A stretch of 64,000 bases of DNA, taken from the NCBI GenBank assembly GCA_031365725.1, contig JANLYQ010000014.1:40249-104248 (forward strand), read 5' to 3'. The stretch's first letter is position 1. Each line of letters opens with the position of its first letter. Positions 8,789 through 19,859 of the stretch are shown here, piece by piece. Both the position numbers and the translations under genes were made by a program. This DNA is from Sporichthyaceae bacterium. GTDB lineage: Bacteria > Actinomycetota > Actinomycetes > JACCUZ01. Below the pieces are notes generated by a model. The model saw nothing but the letters and a program-made list of their open reading frames with translations, was not told where the DNA came from and made no database searches.

Positions 8789-11700
8789 GTGAGCAGGACC
8801 ACGAGCCCCTACCGCCTGGTGCGTACGCCGACCACCCCGGCAGTCGCACCGGTGCTCGACCCTGCCCAGGCCGAAGTGGTCGCCCACGACGGCGGGCCGC
8901 TGCTCGTGCTGGCCGGCCCCGGCACCGGCAAGACGACCACCCTGGTCGAGGCCGTCGTCCGGCGCATCGAGGCCGGCGCCGACCCCGAGCAGGTGCTGGT
9001 CCTGACCTTCGGGCGCCTGGCCGCTGCCGAGCTGCGCACCCGCATCGCCGCTCGCCTCGGCCGGGCCACCAAGGAGCCGTTGGCCCGCACCTTCCACTCC
9101 TACGCGTTCGGGGTCCTGCACCGCGAGGCAGCCGCGCGGGGTGAGCGGCCACCGCGGCTGCTGGCCGGCCCCGAGCAGGACGTCGTCGTGCGCGACCTCC
9201 TCGCCGGCGACCTCGCCGACGGCGCCTCGACCTGGCCCAGCCGGCTGCACCCGGCACTGCCGACCCAGGGTTTCGCCCAAGAGCTGCGTGACCTGGTGAT
9301 GCGCGCCTTCGAGCGCGGGGTCACCGACGACCGACTTCGCCGGCTCGGGGCCGAGCAAGGGCGCGACGACTGGGTGGCGGCGGCCCAGTTCATGCAGCAG
9401 TACTCCGAGGTGTCGTCGCTGCGCGAAGCCGCCAGCTATGACCCCGCCGAGCTGATCCGGGCGGTCGTGGACCTGTGGGCCGACGAGCCGGGCCAGCTCG
9501 CGGCCGAGCGGGCCGCCCGCCCGCACGTCTTCGTCGACGAGCTGCAGGACACCGACCCTGCGCAGATCGAGCTCCTGACGCTGCTCGCCGGCGAGGGCCG
9601 TGACCTGGTGGCGGTCGGCGACCCCGACCAGGCGATCTATGGCTTCCGCGGTGCCGACGTGGCCGGCATCCGTGGGTTCCGCGAGCACTTCCGCACCCTC
9701 GCCGGCGATCCGGCGCCGGTCATCGACCTCGCCACCTCCCGACGGGCCGGCTCGGTGCTGCTGGCTGCCAGCCGACGGGTGGCCAGGGGTCTGGGCGGTC
9801 GGCGTCGCCACCGCGACCTGCTGCCCGCGGTCGGTGTGCCCGACGGCGAGCTGTCGGTGGCCGTACTGCGGTCCGAGTCGCAGGAGGCCGCGCACGTCGC
9901 GGCCCGGCTGCGTGAGGCCCATCTGGTCGACGGGGTGCCGTGGTCGCAGATGGCGGTCGTGGTGCGCTCCACCGTGCACTCCATGCCGGTGCTGCGCCGG
10001 GCGATGGTCGGTGCCGGCATCCCCGTGGCCGTCTCCGGCGACGAGGTCCCGCTGGTGCGCGAGCCGGCGGTGGGCCCGTTGCTCATGCTGCTCAAGGCCT
10101 CGACGCGCGACCTCGCGGATCCGCTCGGCCCGGACGGGCAGCCCGGCTTCCGGCCGATCCCTGAGGACGACGTCTCCGCCTTGCTCACCTCCTCGCTCGG
10201 TGGCGCCGACGTCATGGGGCTGCGCCGACTGCGGCAGGCGCTGCGCCGGGCCGAGCTGCTGGCCGGGGGCGGTCGCAGCTCGGGCGCCCTGCTGGTCGCT
10301 GCGCTCCACGACCCGGGGCTGCTGTCCGGCCTACCGCGTGCGGTCGCCCGACCGGCGTCGACGATAGCCGAGCTGGTGGCCGCCGGCCGGGCGGCCGCCG
10401 GGGCCTCGGCCAGCGCCGAGGACGTGCTCTGGGAGCTCTGGTCGCGCAGCGGCCTCGCCGACCGCTGGGAGCGGGCCAGCCGTGAGGGTGGCCCGGCCGG
10501 TGAGGCCGCCGACCGCGACCTCGACGCGGTCGTCGCGCTGTTCGAGGCAGCGGCCCGGTTCTGCGACCGGCTGCCCGGCGCCGGGCCGCAGGTCTTCTAC
10601 GACCACCTCACCGGCCAGCAGATCCCCGGTGACTCCCCGGCAGTGCGCGCGGTCGCCACCGAAGCCGTGCAGCTGCTGACCGCGCACGCCAGCAAGGGCC
10701 TGGAGTGGGACGTCGTCTGCGTCGCCGGCGTGCAGGAAGGCAGCTGGCCGGACCTGCGCATGCGCGGGTCCTTCCTCGGCTCCGAGCGTCTGGTCGAGCT
10801 GATCCGGCCCGGCGCAGAGGCGACGGCACCGGCGGTGGCCACGGTGACCACCCTGGGCCGGCTGCTCGACGAGGAACGTCGCCTGTTCTACGTCGCCGTC
10901 ACCCGGGCCCGCCGTTCGCTGTTGGTGACCGCTGTGACCAGTGAGCGCGAGGCGCTGCTGCCGTCCCGCTTCCTCGACGAGATCGACCCGCCGGCGGGGG
11001 CCGAGCCACGTCCCCTGACCGTCGTACGGCGACCGCTGTCGCTGGTCGGGTTGGTGGCCGACCTGCGCCGCACCCTGCTCGACCCCGAAGCCGACGAGCC
11101 GCGGCGCGAGGCGGCCGCCCAGCGGCTGGCGGTGCTCGCCGCCGCCGGTGCTCGGGGCGCTGACCCGCAGAGCTGGTGGGGCCTCGCGCCGATGACCGGA
11201 GACGGGCCGCTGCGGGCGCCTGACGACCTGGTCGTCGTCAGCCCGTCCCGGGTCGAGTCGTTCCGCCGCTGCGAGCTGCGGTGGTTCCTGGAGCAGGCGG
11301 GTGGTGGCACCTCCCCCGGCCCCGCCCAGGCCGTGGGCACGTTGGTGCATGCCGTCGCCGAGACCGCCGTCGACCCCTCGAGCAGCACGGAGGCGGCTCT
11401 CCTGGCCCGACTCGAGGAGCTGCTCCCGCACACCGACCTGGGCTCGGGCTGGGTGGCGCGCAAGGAGCGCGAGCGCGCCGAGGCGATGGTGCGGCGTCTC
11501 GCCGGGTGGCTCGCCAGCAACGCCCGTGATGTGGTCGCCACCGAGCAGGACATCGACATCACTATCGACCGGGCCCGGCTGGTCGGGCGGGTCGACCGGG
11601 TCGAGCGCGACGAGGCGGGGCGGGCGGTGGTGGTCGACCTCAAGACCGGCAGCAGCAAGACCAAGGAGGCCGAGCTCATGACGCACGGCCAGCTCGCGGC

Positions 11701-11986
11701 CTACCAGCTGGCTGCCGAGCACGGTGCCTTCGCCGGCACGCGGGGCAGTGGTGGCGCCGAGCTGCTGCAGGTCGGTGGCGGCGCCGCCACCAAAGGGGCG
11801 GTCGCGCAACAGCAAGTGCCGCTGGCCGAGTCGTCCGATCCCGACTGGGCTCGTTCGCTCGTGCTGGACGTGGCCGAGGGCATGGCCGGGTCGGCGTTCC
11901 GCGCCGTGGCCAACGACTACTGCCAGATGTGTCCGGTGCGCACCAGCTGCCCGGTGCAGGACGACGGCCGCGCGGTGACGTCATGA
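8789..11986 (+). CDS. adnA: AdnA helicase-nuclease subunit
   Basis: AGPGTGKTT, DELQD, VGDPDQAIYGFRGA, TAHASKGLEW, EERRLFYVAVTRA; RecB-like nuclease GRVDRV..VDLKTG; Fe-S cysteines RRCEL and CQMCPVRTSCP. Confidence 0.9.
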   Translation: MSRTTSPYRLVRTPTTPAVAPVLDPAQAEVVAHDGGPLLVLAGPGTGKTTTLVEAVVRRIEAGADPEQVLVLTFGRLAAAELRTRIAARLGRATKEPLARTFHSYAFGVLHREAAARGERPPRLLAGPEQDVVVRDLLAGDLADGASTWPSRLHPALPTQGFAQELRDLVMRAFERGVTDDRLRRLGAEQGRDDWVAAAQFMQQYSEVSSLREAASYDPAELIRAVVDLWADEPGQLAAERAARPHVFVDELQDTDPAQIELLTLLAGEGRDLVAVGDPDQAIYGFRGADVAGIRGFREHFRTLAGDPAPVIDLATSRRAGSVLLAASRRVARGLGGRRRHRDLLPAVGVPDGELSVAVLRSESQEAAHVAARLREAHLVDGVPWSQMAVVVRSTVHSMPVLRRAMVGAGIPVAVSGDEVPLVREPAVGPLLMLLKASTRDLADPLGPDGQPGFRPIPEDDVSALLTSSLGGADVMGLRRLRQALRRAELLAGGGRSSGALLVAALHDPGLLSGLPRAVARPASTIAELVAAGRAAAGASASAEDVLWELWSRSGLADRWERASREGGPAGEAADRDLDAVVALFEAAARFCDRLPGAGPQVFYDHLTGQQIPGDSPAVRAVATEAVQLLTAHASKGLEWDVVCVAGVQEGSWPDLRMRGSFLGSERLVELIRPGAEATAPAVATVTTLGRLLDEERRLFYVAVTRARRSLLVTAVTSEREALLPSRFLDEIDPPAGAEPRPLTVVRRPLSLVGLVADLRRTLLDPEADEPRREAAAQRLAVLAAAGARGADPQSWWGLAPMTGDGPLRAPDDLVVVSPSRVESFRRCELRWFLEQAGGGTSPGPAQAVGTLVHAVAETAVDPSSSTEAALLARLEELLPHTDLGSGWVARKERERAEAMVRRLAGWLASNARDVVATEQDIDITIDRARLVGRVDRVERDEAGRAVVVDLKTGSSKTKEAELMTHGQLAAYQLAAEHGAFAGTRGSGGAELLQVGGGAATKGAVAQQQVPLAESSDPDWARSLVLDVAEGMAGSAFRAVANDYCQMCPVRTSCPVQDDGRAVTS

Positions 11987-14900
11987 CCCGGTCGCGTCGG
12001 GGGCGGCCGCAGCCGAGCCTGTTCGACACCTCGCTGACCGGCGAGGTGGCGATCACCCCGGCCGAGCTCGCCGTACATCTCGGGGAGGACTTCCCGCCGA
12101 CCCCCGAGCAGAACGGCGCCATCGTGGGGCCGCTGCGCCCGCACGTCGTGGTCGCTGGTGCCGGCTCCGGCAAGACCCAGACGATGGGCCTGCGCGTGGT
12201 GTGGCTGGTCGCCAACGGCTTGGTCGAGCCGCACCGCGTGCTCGGGCTGACCTTTACCCGTAAGGCCGCGGCCGAGCTCGGCGAGCGGGTGCGGCACATG
12301 CTCAGCCGGCTGCACCATGCGCACGAGCGGGCCCCGTTCCTCCCCGACCAGGTGGCGCAGGCCCTGCGCACCGGCGAGCCGACAGTGACGACCTACCACT
12401 CCTACGCCGCCGCGCTGGTCGGTGAGCACGCCCTGCGGATCGGCCTCGAGCCGGACACCCGGCTGATCGGCGAGGCCATGTCGTGGCAGCTCGCCACCCA
12501 GGTCGTCGAGACCTATGACGGGGCGATGGAGTCCGTCAGTCGCAAGCTGACCACGGTGATCGGCGACGTGCTCGCCCTGGCCGGCGAGCTGTCCGAGCAC
12601 CTGCGCACCCCGGCCGACGTGGTCGCGGTGACCGACGAGGTCCGAGCCCATCTCGAGGCTCTTCCGCGGGCGCCCAAGCAACGCACCGCGAGCCACTACA
12701 AGGACGTTGCCGACCTGCTGCGGCTGCTCGACTCCCGGGTTGCGCTGCTGCCGATGGTCGAGGCCTACATCGAGGCCAAGAAGGCGCGCCAGGTCATGGA
12801 CTACGGCGACCAGGTGGCCATCGCCGCGAGGATCGCCCGAGATCACCCGGAGGTCGGCGAGCTCGAGCGGGCGAGGTTCGGCGCTGTGCTGCTCGACGAG
12901 TACCAGGACACCGGCGAGGCTCAGCGGGTCCTGCTCACATCGCTGTACGCCGGGGGACACCCGGTCACTGCGGTCGGTGACCCACGCCAGTCGATCTATG
13001 GCTGGCGTGGCGCCAGTGCGGGCAACCTCGAGCGCTTCCCTGACGACTTCTCCGGGCCGACACCGGAGACCGCGGCCGGCGCCAGCCGCCTGACGGTGAG
13101 CTTTCGCAACGGTGAGCGAGTGCTGGCTGCGGCCAACCTGGTGGCCGACGGCATCCCGGTGCGCGCTGCCCTGGCCGCGCCGGCCGCGCACGGCACCGGG
13201 ACCCAGCACCTGCGTCCCGGGCCTGGTCGGGTCGGTCAGGGGCGGGTCGTCGTCGGTCTGCACTCCACCGTGCTCGACGAGGCGCAGTGGGTGGCCGACA
13301 CGATCGCCGCCCTCGGCCGCGATCCGAGCCCCGCCGGGTGGGGCGAGATCGCGGTCCTGGCTCGGCGGCGGGCGGCCTTCCCGGCATTGGAGGCTGCGCT
13401 GCGGGCTCGCGGTGTCCCGTGCGAGGTCGTCGGTCTCGGTGGCCTGCTGCACGAGCCGGAGGTCGTCGACGTCGTCAGCACGTTGCGGGTGCTGGCCGAC
13501 CCCACGGCCGGCGCCGCCCTGCTGCGCCTGCTCGCGGGTCCCCGCTGGCGGGTCGGCCCGCGTGACCTCGACGCTCTGGGTCGCCGGGCCCGCTCGCTGG
13601 CCGTGGGCCGGGGGCCGGTCGTGGTCGCCCCGACGCCGGATGCTCCCCGCCCTCCCGAACCGGACGACGTCGACGAGCGGAGTCTCGTCGACGCCGTCGA
13701 GGACCCAGGCGACGTCGGCGCCTACTCCGCCGCGGGCCTGACCCGCATCCAGGCGCTGCGCGACGAGCTGCGCCGCCTGCGCCGCCTGTCGGGCAGCGCG
13801 CTGCCCGACCTGGTGATGGCGGTGGTGCGGGCGATCGACCTCGACGTCGAGCTGACCGCACGCCCCGAAGTCCGGGCCGCCGACGCCATGCTCGACGTCG
13901 ACCGCCTTGTCGAGGTGGCCGAAGAGTTCGTCTCCTCGGGCGAGGACCCCGGGCTGGTGGCATTCCTGGCCTACCTCGACACGGCCGAGGACCGCGAGCG
14001 CGGGCTCGAGGTCGAGGTGGGTGAGCCGGACGGGTCTCGGGTGCAGCTGATGACCATCCACGCCGCCAAGGGGCTCGAATGGGACGTCGTCGTGGTGGCC
14101 GGTCTGACCGAGACCGTCTTCCCGCAGTCCGGGCGGCCGGTCGCCGACTGGACCCGGCAGGACGCCGCCCTGCCGTTCCCGCTGCGCGGGGACCGCAGCG
14201 AGCTGCCGGAGCTGGCGTGGCAGTCCATGGCCGACCAGGTCGATGCCCACGACCTGCTCGGTGAGTTCCAGTCCGCCTGTCGGGAGCGGGCGGCCCTTGA
14301 GGAGCAGCGGCTCGCCTACGTCGCCGTGACCCGGCCGCGTGACCTGCTCGTCTGCTCCGGCTACTGGTGGGACACCAGCAAGAAGCCCCGCGGCCCCTCG
14401 GCGCTGCTGCTCGGACTGCACGAGCTCTGCCTCGCCGGTGGGGGAGACGTGGCGGTCTGGGTCGACCCGCCGGCCGATGACGCCGAGCACCCGCTTGAGT
14501 CTGCTGCGGCCTCAGCTCTCTGGCCGGCCGACCCCCTGGGCGAGCGTCGCCAGCGGCTCACGGACGCCGCCGCGCTCGTCCGCCAGGCCGCGATTCGCGG
14601 GCCGGGACCACAGGTCAGCCCGGCCGCCGACGCGGCTGCCAGCCCGGCCGCCGACGCGGCTGCCAGCCCGGACGCAGACCCGCAGGTGGCGGCTTGGGAC
14701 CTCGAGCTCGAGCTGCTCCTCGCTGAGCTGGCGCGTCAGCAGGAGCGCCGCGCCGGCGCGGGCGACGTCCTGCTGCCGAGCCGGCTGTCGGTCTCGCAAC
14801 TGGTGGTGCTGCGACGCGACCCGGCCGAGCTGGCCCGGTCGCTGCGGCGCCCGGTGCCCCGCAAGCCGGCGCCGCTGGCCCGACGCGGCACCCGCTTTCA

Positions 14901-15390
14901 TCTCTGGCTCGAGGCCCGCTGGGGCCAGCAACGGCTGATAGACGTCGACGAGCTGCCCGGCGCCGCCGACGAGACAGCTGCCCCCGGCGACGACCTGCTT
15001 GCCCTGCAGGCAGCCTTCGAGGCGAGCCGCTGGGCCAGCCGGGTGCCCACCGAGATCGAGCTGCCCTTCGACATGACCGTCGGCGGGGTGCTGCTGCGCG
15101 GGCGCTGCGATGCGGTTTTCACCGACGACCCCGGCGGCATGGTCGACGTGGTCGACTGGAAGACCGGTCCACCTGCCCGCGGTGCCGAAGCCGAGGCAGC
15201 CGCCGTACAGCTCGCGGTCTATCGCCTTGCCTGGCACCGCTTGCATGGCACGCCGCTGGACCAGATCCGCGCGGCCTTCCACCATGTGGCCGCAGGGGTC
15301 ACAGTGCGACCTGCCGACCTGCTCGACGAAGCCGGGCTTGTCGAGCTGATCCGCTCGGTGCCGGGAACCGTAGGCGTGGCCTCCGCCTGA
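11983..15390 (+). CDS. adnB: AdnB helicase-nuclease subunit
   Basis: AGAGSGKT, DEYQD, GDPRQSIYGWRGA, TIHAAKGLEW, nuclease GRCDAVF..VDWKTG..QLAVY; ATGA overlap with adnA. Confidence 0.9.
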   Translation: MTRSRRGRPQPSLFDTSLTGEVAITPAELAVHLGEDFPPTPEQNGAIVGPLRPHVVVAGAGSGKTQTMGLRVVWLVANGLVEPHRVLGLTFTRKAAAELGERVRHMLSRLHHAHERAPFLPDQVAQALRTGEPTVTTYHSYAAALVGEHALRIGLEPDTRLIGEAMSWQLATQVVETYDGAMESVSRKLTTVIGDVLALAGELSEHLRTPADVVAVTDEVRAHLEALPRAPKQRTASHYKDVADLLRLLDSRVALLPMVEAYIEAKKARQVMDYGDQVAIAARIARDHPEVGELERARFGAVLLDEYQDTGEAQRVLLTSLYAGGHPVTAVGDPRQSIYGWRGASAGNLERFPDDFSGPTPETAAGASRLTVSFRNGERVLAAANLVADGIPVRAALAAPAAHGTGTQHLRPGPGRVGQGRVVVGLHSTVLDEAQWVADTIAALGRDPSPAGWGEIAVLARRRAAFPALEAALRARGVPCEVVGLGGLLHEPEVVDVVSTLRVLADPTAGAALLRLLAGPRWRVGPRDLDALGRRARSLAVGRGPVVVAPTPDAPRPPEPDDVDERSLVDAVEDPGDVGAYSAAGLTRIQALRDELRRLRRLSGSALPDLVMAVVRAIDLDVELTARPEVRAADAMLDVDRLVEVAEEFVSSGEDPGLVAFLAYLDTAEDRERGLEVEVGEPDGSRVQLMTIHAAKGLEWDVVVVAGLTETVFPQSGRPVADWTRQDAALPFPLRGDRSELPELAWQSMADQVDAHDLLGEFQSACRERAALEEQRLAYVAVTRPRDLLVCSGYWWDTSKKPRGPSALLLGLHELCLAGGGDVAVWVDPPADDAEHPLESAAASALWPADPLGERRQRLTDAAALVRQAAIRGPGPQVSPAADAAASPAADAAASPDADPQVAAWDLELELLLAELARQQERRAGAGDVLLPSRLSVSQLVVLRRDPAELARSLRRPVPRKPAPLARRGTRFHLWLEARWGQQRLIDVDELPGAADETAAPGDDLLALQAAFEASRWASRVPTEIELPFDMTVGGVLLRGRCDAVFTDDPGGMVDVVDWKTGPPARGAEAEAAAVQLAVYRLAWHRLHGTPLDQIRAAFHHVAAGVTVRPADLLDEAGLVELIRSVPGTVGVASA
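14616..14671 (+). repeat. In-frame 24-bp tandem repeat (~2.3 copies, SPAADAAA) in the AdnB linker
   Basis: CAGCCCGGCCGCCGACGCGGCTGC at 14616 and 14640, partial at 14664. Confidence 0.85.
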
Positions 15391-15472
15391 CAGGCAGGTG
15401 GGGGACCGCTCCGGGCCAGGAACAGCGGCCGTTCATCGGGTGGCCCGTCGATCAGACGGCCGCGCTGGACGA

Positions 15473-16516
15473 GGGGTGCGGGCACGGTGGCCAAGTCCAT
15501 CTCGGCCTACGACATGGCAGTCAGCGACGCGGTCTACGGCAAGTCCGACCGCTATCTCTCGATGGGCCGGCTGCAGGCGATGCTCGACCACGAGTACGAG
15601 CTCAACCTCGAGCGGCTGGACGCGACCCGCGGCCACGACAACGCGTTCTTCGCCTTCGCCGACACGGTGGTCGCCCGCAGTTGTGCCGGCGGCAACGAGT
15701 GCCACGGCTGGATGGGCGTGAAGTTCCAGTCCCATCAGCGCGACGAGCCCAGCCAGATCGTGCTGCACGTGCGCATGTTCGGCCCCGACGGCCACGTGCT
15801 GCAGCCCAGCGAGGTGCTGCGCAAGAAGGCGATCCTGGTCGAGCGCGGCAGCTTTCGCCCGCCGACGGTGGTCAACATCGACATGCTCGCCTGCGCCCGG
15901 GAGAAGTTCGAGGCCGACCCCGTGAGTCGCCGGTCGCGACGTGCTCGTGCTGACCGAGCTGACGATGGCCAACCTGCTCGCCGGTGGCAGCGCCGTCGAC
16001 CGTCGTGACTTCCTGGCCCGCGCCGACCTCCTTGCCGCCTGCGGCACGACGGTGCTGATCTCGGACTACGTCGCCTTCCACCGGCTCGCCGCCTACCTCG
16101 CGTGGCGCACCGACGGCCGCATCGGCATGGTGATGGGCGTCCCGACCTTGATGGACCAGTTCGACGAGGCCAACCACGCCGACCTACCCGGCGGCATCCT
16201 CGAGGCGTTCGGCCGGCTGTTTATGAACGACCTGCGGCTGTTCGTCTACCCGATGCTGCGCGACGGCACCGTCACCACCATCGGCAACCTGGCCGTCGGG
16301 GAGGAGCTGCAGCCGCTGTATGACTACCTTGCCCGCCGCGGCAGCTTCGTCGACCTCGACAACTACAAGCCCGACTACCTGCCGATCCTCAGCCGCGACG
16401 TGCTGCGCCGCATCGCCGAGGGCGACCAGACTTGGGAGGCGATGGTGCCCACCGAGGTCGGCGAGCTGGTCAAGGCACGAGGGTTCTGCGGCTACTCGTC
16501 GGCACAGCAGCGCTGA
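15473..16516 (+). pseudogene. Degraded nucleotidyltransferase-like gene (CinA-like N-part plus NMN/NaMN adenylyltransferase-like C-part; family often mislabelled TonB-dependent receptor)
   Basis: GAGTVAKSISAYDM..SDAVYG, CHGWMGVKFQ, ERGSFRPPT, ELTMANL, FLARADLL, GGILEAFGRLF; 5' truncated; frameshift near 15925 splits ORFs 15487-16008 and 15941-16516. Confidence 0.7.
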
Positions 16517-17345
16517 CCGGAGCCGCCCGCGGTCGGGACAGCCGCACAAGAGCGGGTACGCCGGTCTGCAGGCCCAGTGCTGCGCCCATGATGGCCACGG
16601 CGGCGATGCCGTCGAGCCAGTAGTGGTTGGCGGTCGCGACCACGACGAACGACGTCACCACCAGGTGCGTCACCCCGACCCAGCCCCAGCGCCACGGGCT
16701 GGCACGCCACATCCACCACGCCACGATCGCTGCCCAGCCCACGTGCACCGACGGGAAGGCCGACAGCTGGTCTGCGACCTCCAGCGTGGTCGGGCCGTAG
16801 ACCGACTGGCCGTACACCGCGGCGGTGTCGACGAACCCGCCGCCTGGCAGCAGCCGCGGTGGCGCGACGGTCATCACCAGGTGCACCAGGAAGCACGCGG
16901 CGGTCACCAGCACCACCGTCATGCGGACCGAGGGATAGAGCGCGCGATGCTGCCAGAAGATCCACGCCAGGAACAGCAGCAGCCCGTTGAAATGGCCGTA
17001 GACGTAGAACGCGTTGGACGCCTGGCTGACCAACGCGTGGCCCTCGATCAGTCGTTGGGTGCCGTGCTCGTTGGCGATGTGGAAGAACCGCTCGACGGCG
17101 AGGATGTCGCGACCGCGTCCGACGGCTCCGGCCGCGGTGTGGTGCGCGAGCGTCCCGGCCAGCTGCCACACCGCGAACAGGACCAGCACGATGCCGCTCT
17201 CCTGGACGGCCGCAGCGGCCACCCGGGTGCCCCGACCCCGACGTCCGCCCCGGCCTAGCAGCGCGAGCGCTGCCGACACCGTCAGCAGCGCGAGGGCCCA
17301 GAGCAGCGCGATCCGCCAACCGAGCATCAGGTGAGGCACCCGCAC
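16470..17345 (-). CDS. Phosphatase PAP2 family (AUR1/IPC synthase-like) membrane protein
   Basis: FYVYGHF, APPRLL, SAFPSVHVGWA, ATANHYWLD; start uncertain. Confidence 0.85.
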   Translation of the reverse strand: MRVPHLMLGWRIALLWALALLTVSAALALLGRGGRRGRGTRVAAAAVQESGIVLVLFAVWQLAGTLAHHTAAGAVGRGRDILAVERFFHIANEHGTQRLIEGHALVSQASNAFYVYGHFNGLLLFLAWIFWQHRALYPSVRMTVVLVTAACFLVHLVMTVAPPRLLPGGGFVDTAAVYGQSVYGPTTLEVADQLSAFPSVHVGWAAIVAWWMWRASPWRWGWVGVTHLVVTSFVVVATANHYWLDGIAAVAIMGAALGLQTGVPALVRLSRPRAAPVSAAVPTSSRRTLVP

Positions 17346-17408
17346 ACGATGCCATCCCGGGCAGACGCTTTGCCTGCAGGTCCACCGACAGCCATCCCGC
17401 TGTGGCTC

Positions 17409-17500
17409 TCATTCGGTTCGCCCAGCCGCCTCCTGGAGCACGGCGAGGTCGCGCACGGCATAGCGGTGATGTTCGGCTTCTTCCTCGAGCACGCATCGAC
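17409..17500 (-). pseudogene. 3' remnant of a DinB-family gene
   Basis: Minus strand reads VLEEEAEHHRYAVRDLAVLQEAAGRTE*, resembling the EExEHxRYAxRDL C-terminus of actinobacterial DinB_2 proteins (recalled, not searched). Confidence 0.45.
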
Positions 17501-17584
17501 CACGACCACCCTGCAGCGCTGTCGCCCCGGCGGCGTCCTGCGCGTCGGGGTGCGCCGTGCGTGTGACCGAGGCAGAGTGGGGGC

Positions 17585-18628
<1,044 letters not shown>

Positions 18629-18656
18629 CCGGCTGGCGTGGCTCAGCGCAAGCGGC

Positions 18657-18953
18657 CTAGACCCGGGAAGCCAGCACGTCCGAGTGGTTGATCTTCGGTG
18701 GCTCGGAGAGCAGCGCGTCGGCGTTGGCCATCAGCGCCTCGGCGACCTTGCCCGACAGGTGCGCGTCGCGGCCGGCGTCGTCGTCGAACGTGTCGAAGAT
18801 GCCGAAGGTGGATGCACCGATCTGCACGGCGTACCACGTGCGCGTGGCCGGCTCGGCCTCCACCAGCGGCAGGGCGCCGGCCAGGAAGTCGGCGACCTCC
18901 TGCTCCTTGCCGGGTTTGGCGTGCAGCTCGACCCACAGTGCCTTGCCGGTCAT
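18657..18953 (-). CDS. Antibiotic biosynthesis monooxygenase (ABM) family protein
   Basis: MTGKALWVELHAKPGKEQEVADFL..EPAT..FGIFDTFDDDAGRDAHLSG; AGAGGAG RBS. Confidence 0.85.
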   Translation of the reverse strand: MTGKALWVELHAKPGKEQEVADFLAGALPLVEAEPATRTWYAVQIGASTFGIFDTFDDDAGRDAHLSGKVAEALMANADALLSEPPKINHSDVLASRV

Positions 18954-19005
18954 GACGTCTCCTCTGTCGGGTGCGGGCCGCGGGGCGACACCGCTGAGGT
19001 CCTGC

Positions 19006-19797
19006 CTACCCCATCTGCGGCAGGTCCACCACCAGCGCGCAGTGGTCGCTGACCCCGAGGCGCAGGACGCGCGACGTCGGCGCCGGCTCGCCGGCGGCCA
19101 TCCCGTGAGTGAGTACGTGGTCCAGCTGCACCCGCGGCTTCCACGCCGGGTACGTCGCCACCCGCGCAGCCTGGGTCCACCCGTTGGTCGACAGCGCCGG
19201 CCACGCCCCCGGCAGGTTGAAGTCACCGAGCAGCACCCGCGGTCCGGGCATCGCGGCGGCCCATCGGGCGATCCGGCGCAGCTGGCGGATGTTCCACCCC
19301 GGCACGAATGACAGGTGCGTGGTCACCACGGTCACCGGCCCGGCGGAGGTCTCGATCACCGCAGCCAGCGCCACCCGCGGCTCGTCGGCGACCATCGTGA
19401 GCCCACGGGTGCCCGGCACCATCAGCGGCAACCCGACCGGCGCGGGGCCGAAGCGACGTGCTTTCCACGAGCGCACCGGCAGCCGGGACACCAGCCCCAC
19501 GCCGTACGCCGGTCCGCCCTCGGTCTCCGCAGCGTCGGCGTCACCGGTGGCTGCGGTCCACGCGACACCGGGTGTTCCGTGCAGGGCGGGCACGAAGCGG
19601 CACCACTGCGCACCCAGTGCCTCGGCCACGACTGCGGTCTGGTCGGCCCCGGCCGAACGCTCCTGGCGGAGGTCGACCTCCTGCAGCCCCACGACGTCGG
19701 CATCAAGCTCGGCTGCGGCTTCCCGCAGCGCTGCTTCGGGCACCGAGCCGTCGGTCAGGCTGCGACCGTGCAGGAGGTTGAAGGTGGCGACGCGCAC
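19006..19797 (-). CDS. Endonuclease/exonuclease/phosphatase family protein
   Basis: VATFNL, DVVGLQEVD, THLS, LGDFNL, QLDHVL, SDHCAL. Confidence 0.9.
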   Translation of the reverse strand: MRVATFNLLHGRSLTDGSVPEAALREAAAELDADVVGLQEVDLRQERSAGADQTAVVAEALGAQWCRFVPALHGTPGVAWTAATGDADAAETEGGPAYGVGLVSRLPVRSWKARRFGPAPVGLPLMVPGTRGLTMVADEPRVALAAVIETSAGPVTVVTTHLSFVPGWNIRQLRRIARWAAAMPGPRVLLGDFNLPGAWPALSTNGWTQAARVATYPAWKPRVQLDHVLTHGMAAGEPAPTSRVLRLGVSDHCALVVDLPQMG

Positions 19798-19859
19798 CGT
19801 CAGAGGGTAGGCGGGCCGCCTGGCAGCGCTGCGCCACCCCGGCCGTAGGGTCTTGTCAC

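Noticed and set aside
11917-14490. Long antisense and alternative-frame ORFs (e.g. 857 aa here, 715 aa at 31273-33420, 551 aa at 8654-10309)
   Set aside because: Shadow ORFs expected in high-GC DNA; no motifs and they overlap well-supported genes
15487-16516. TonB-dependent receptor or programmed frameshift
   Set aside because: No beta-barrel features; truncation and apparent deletion point to decay rather than recoding
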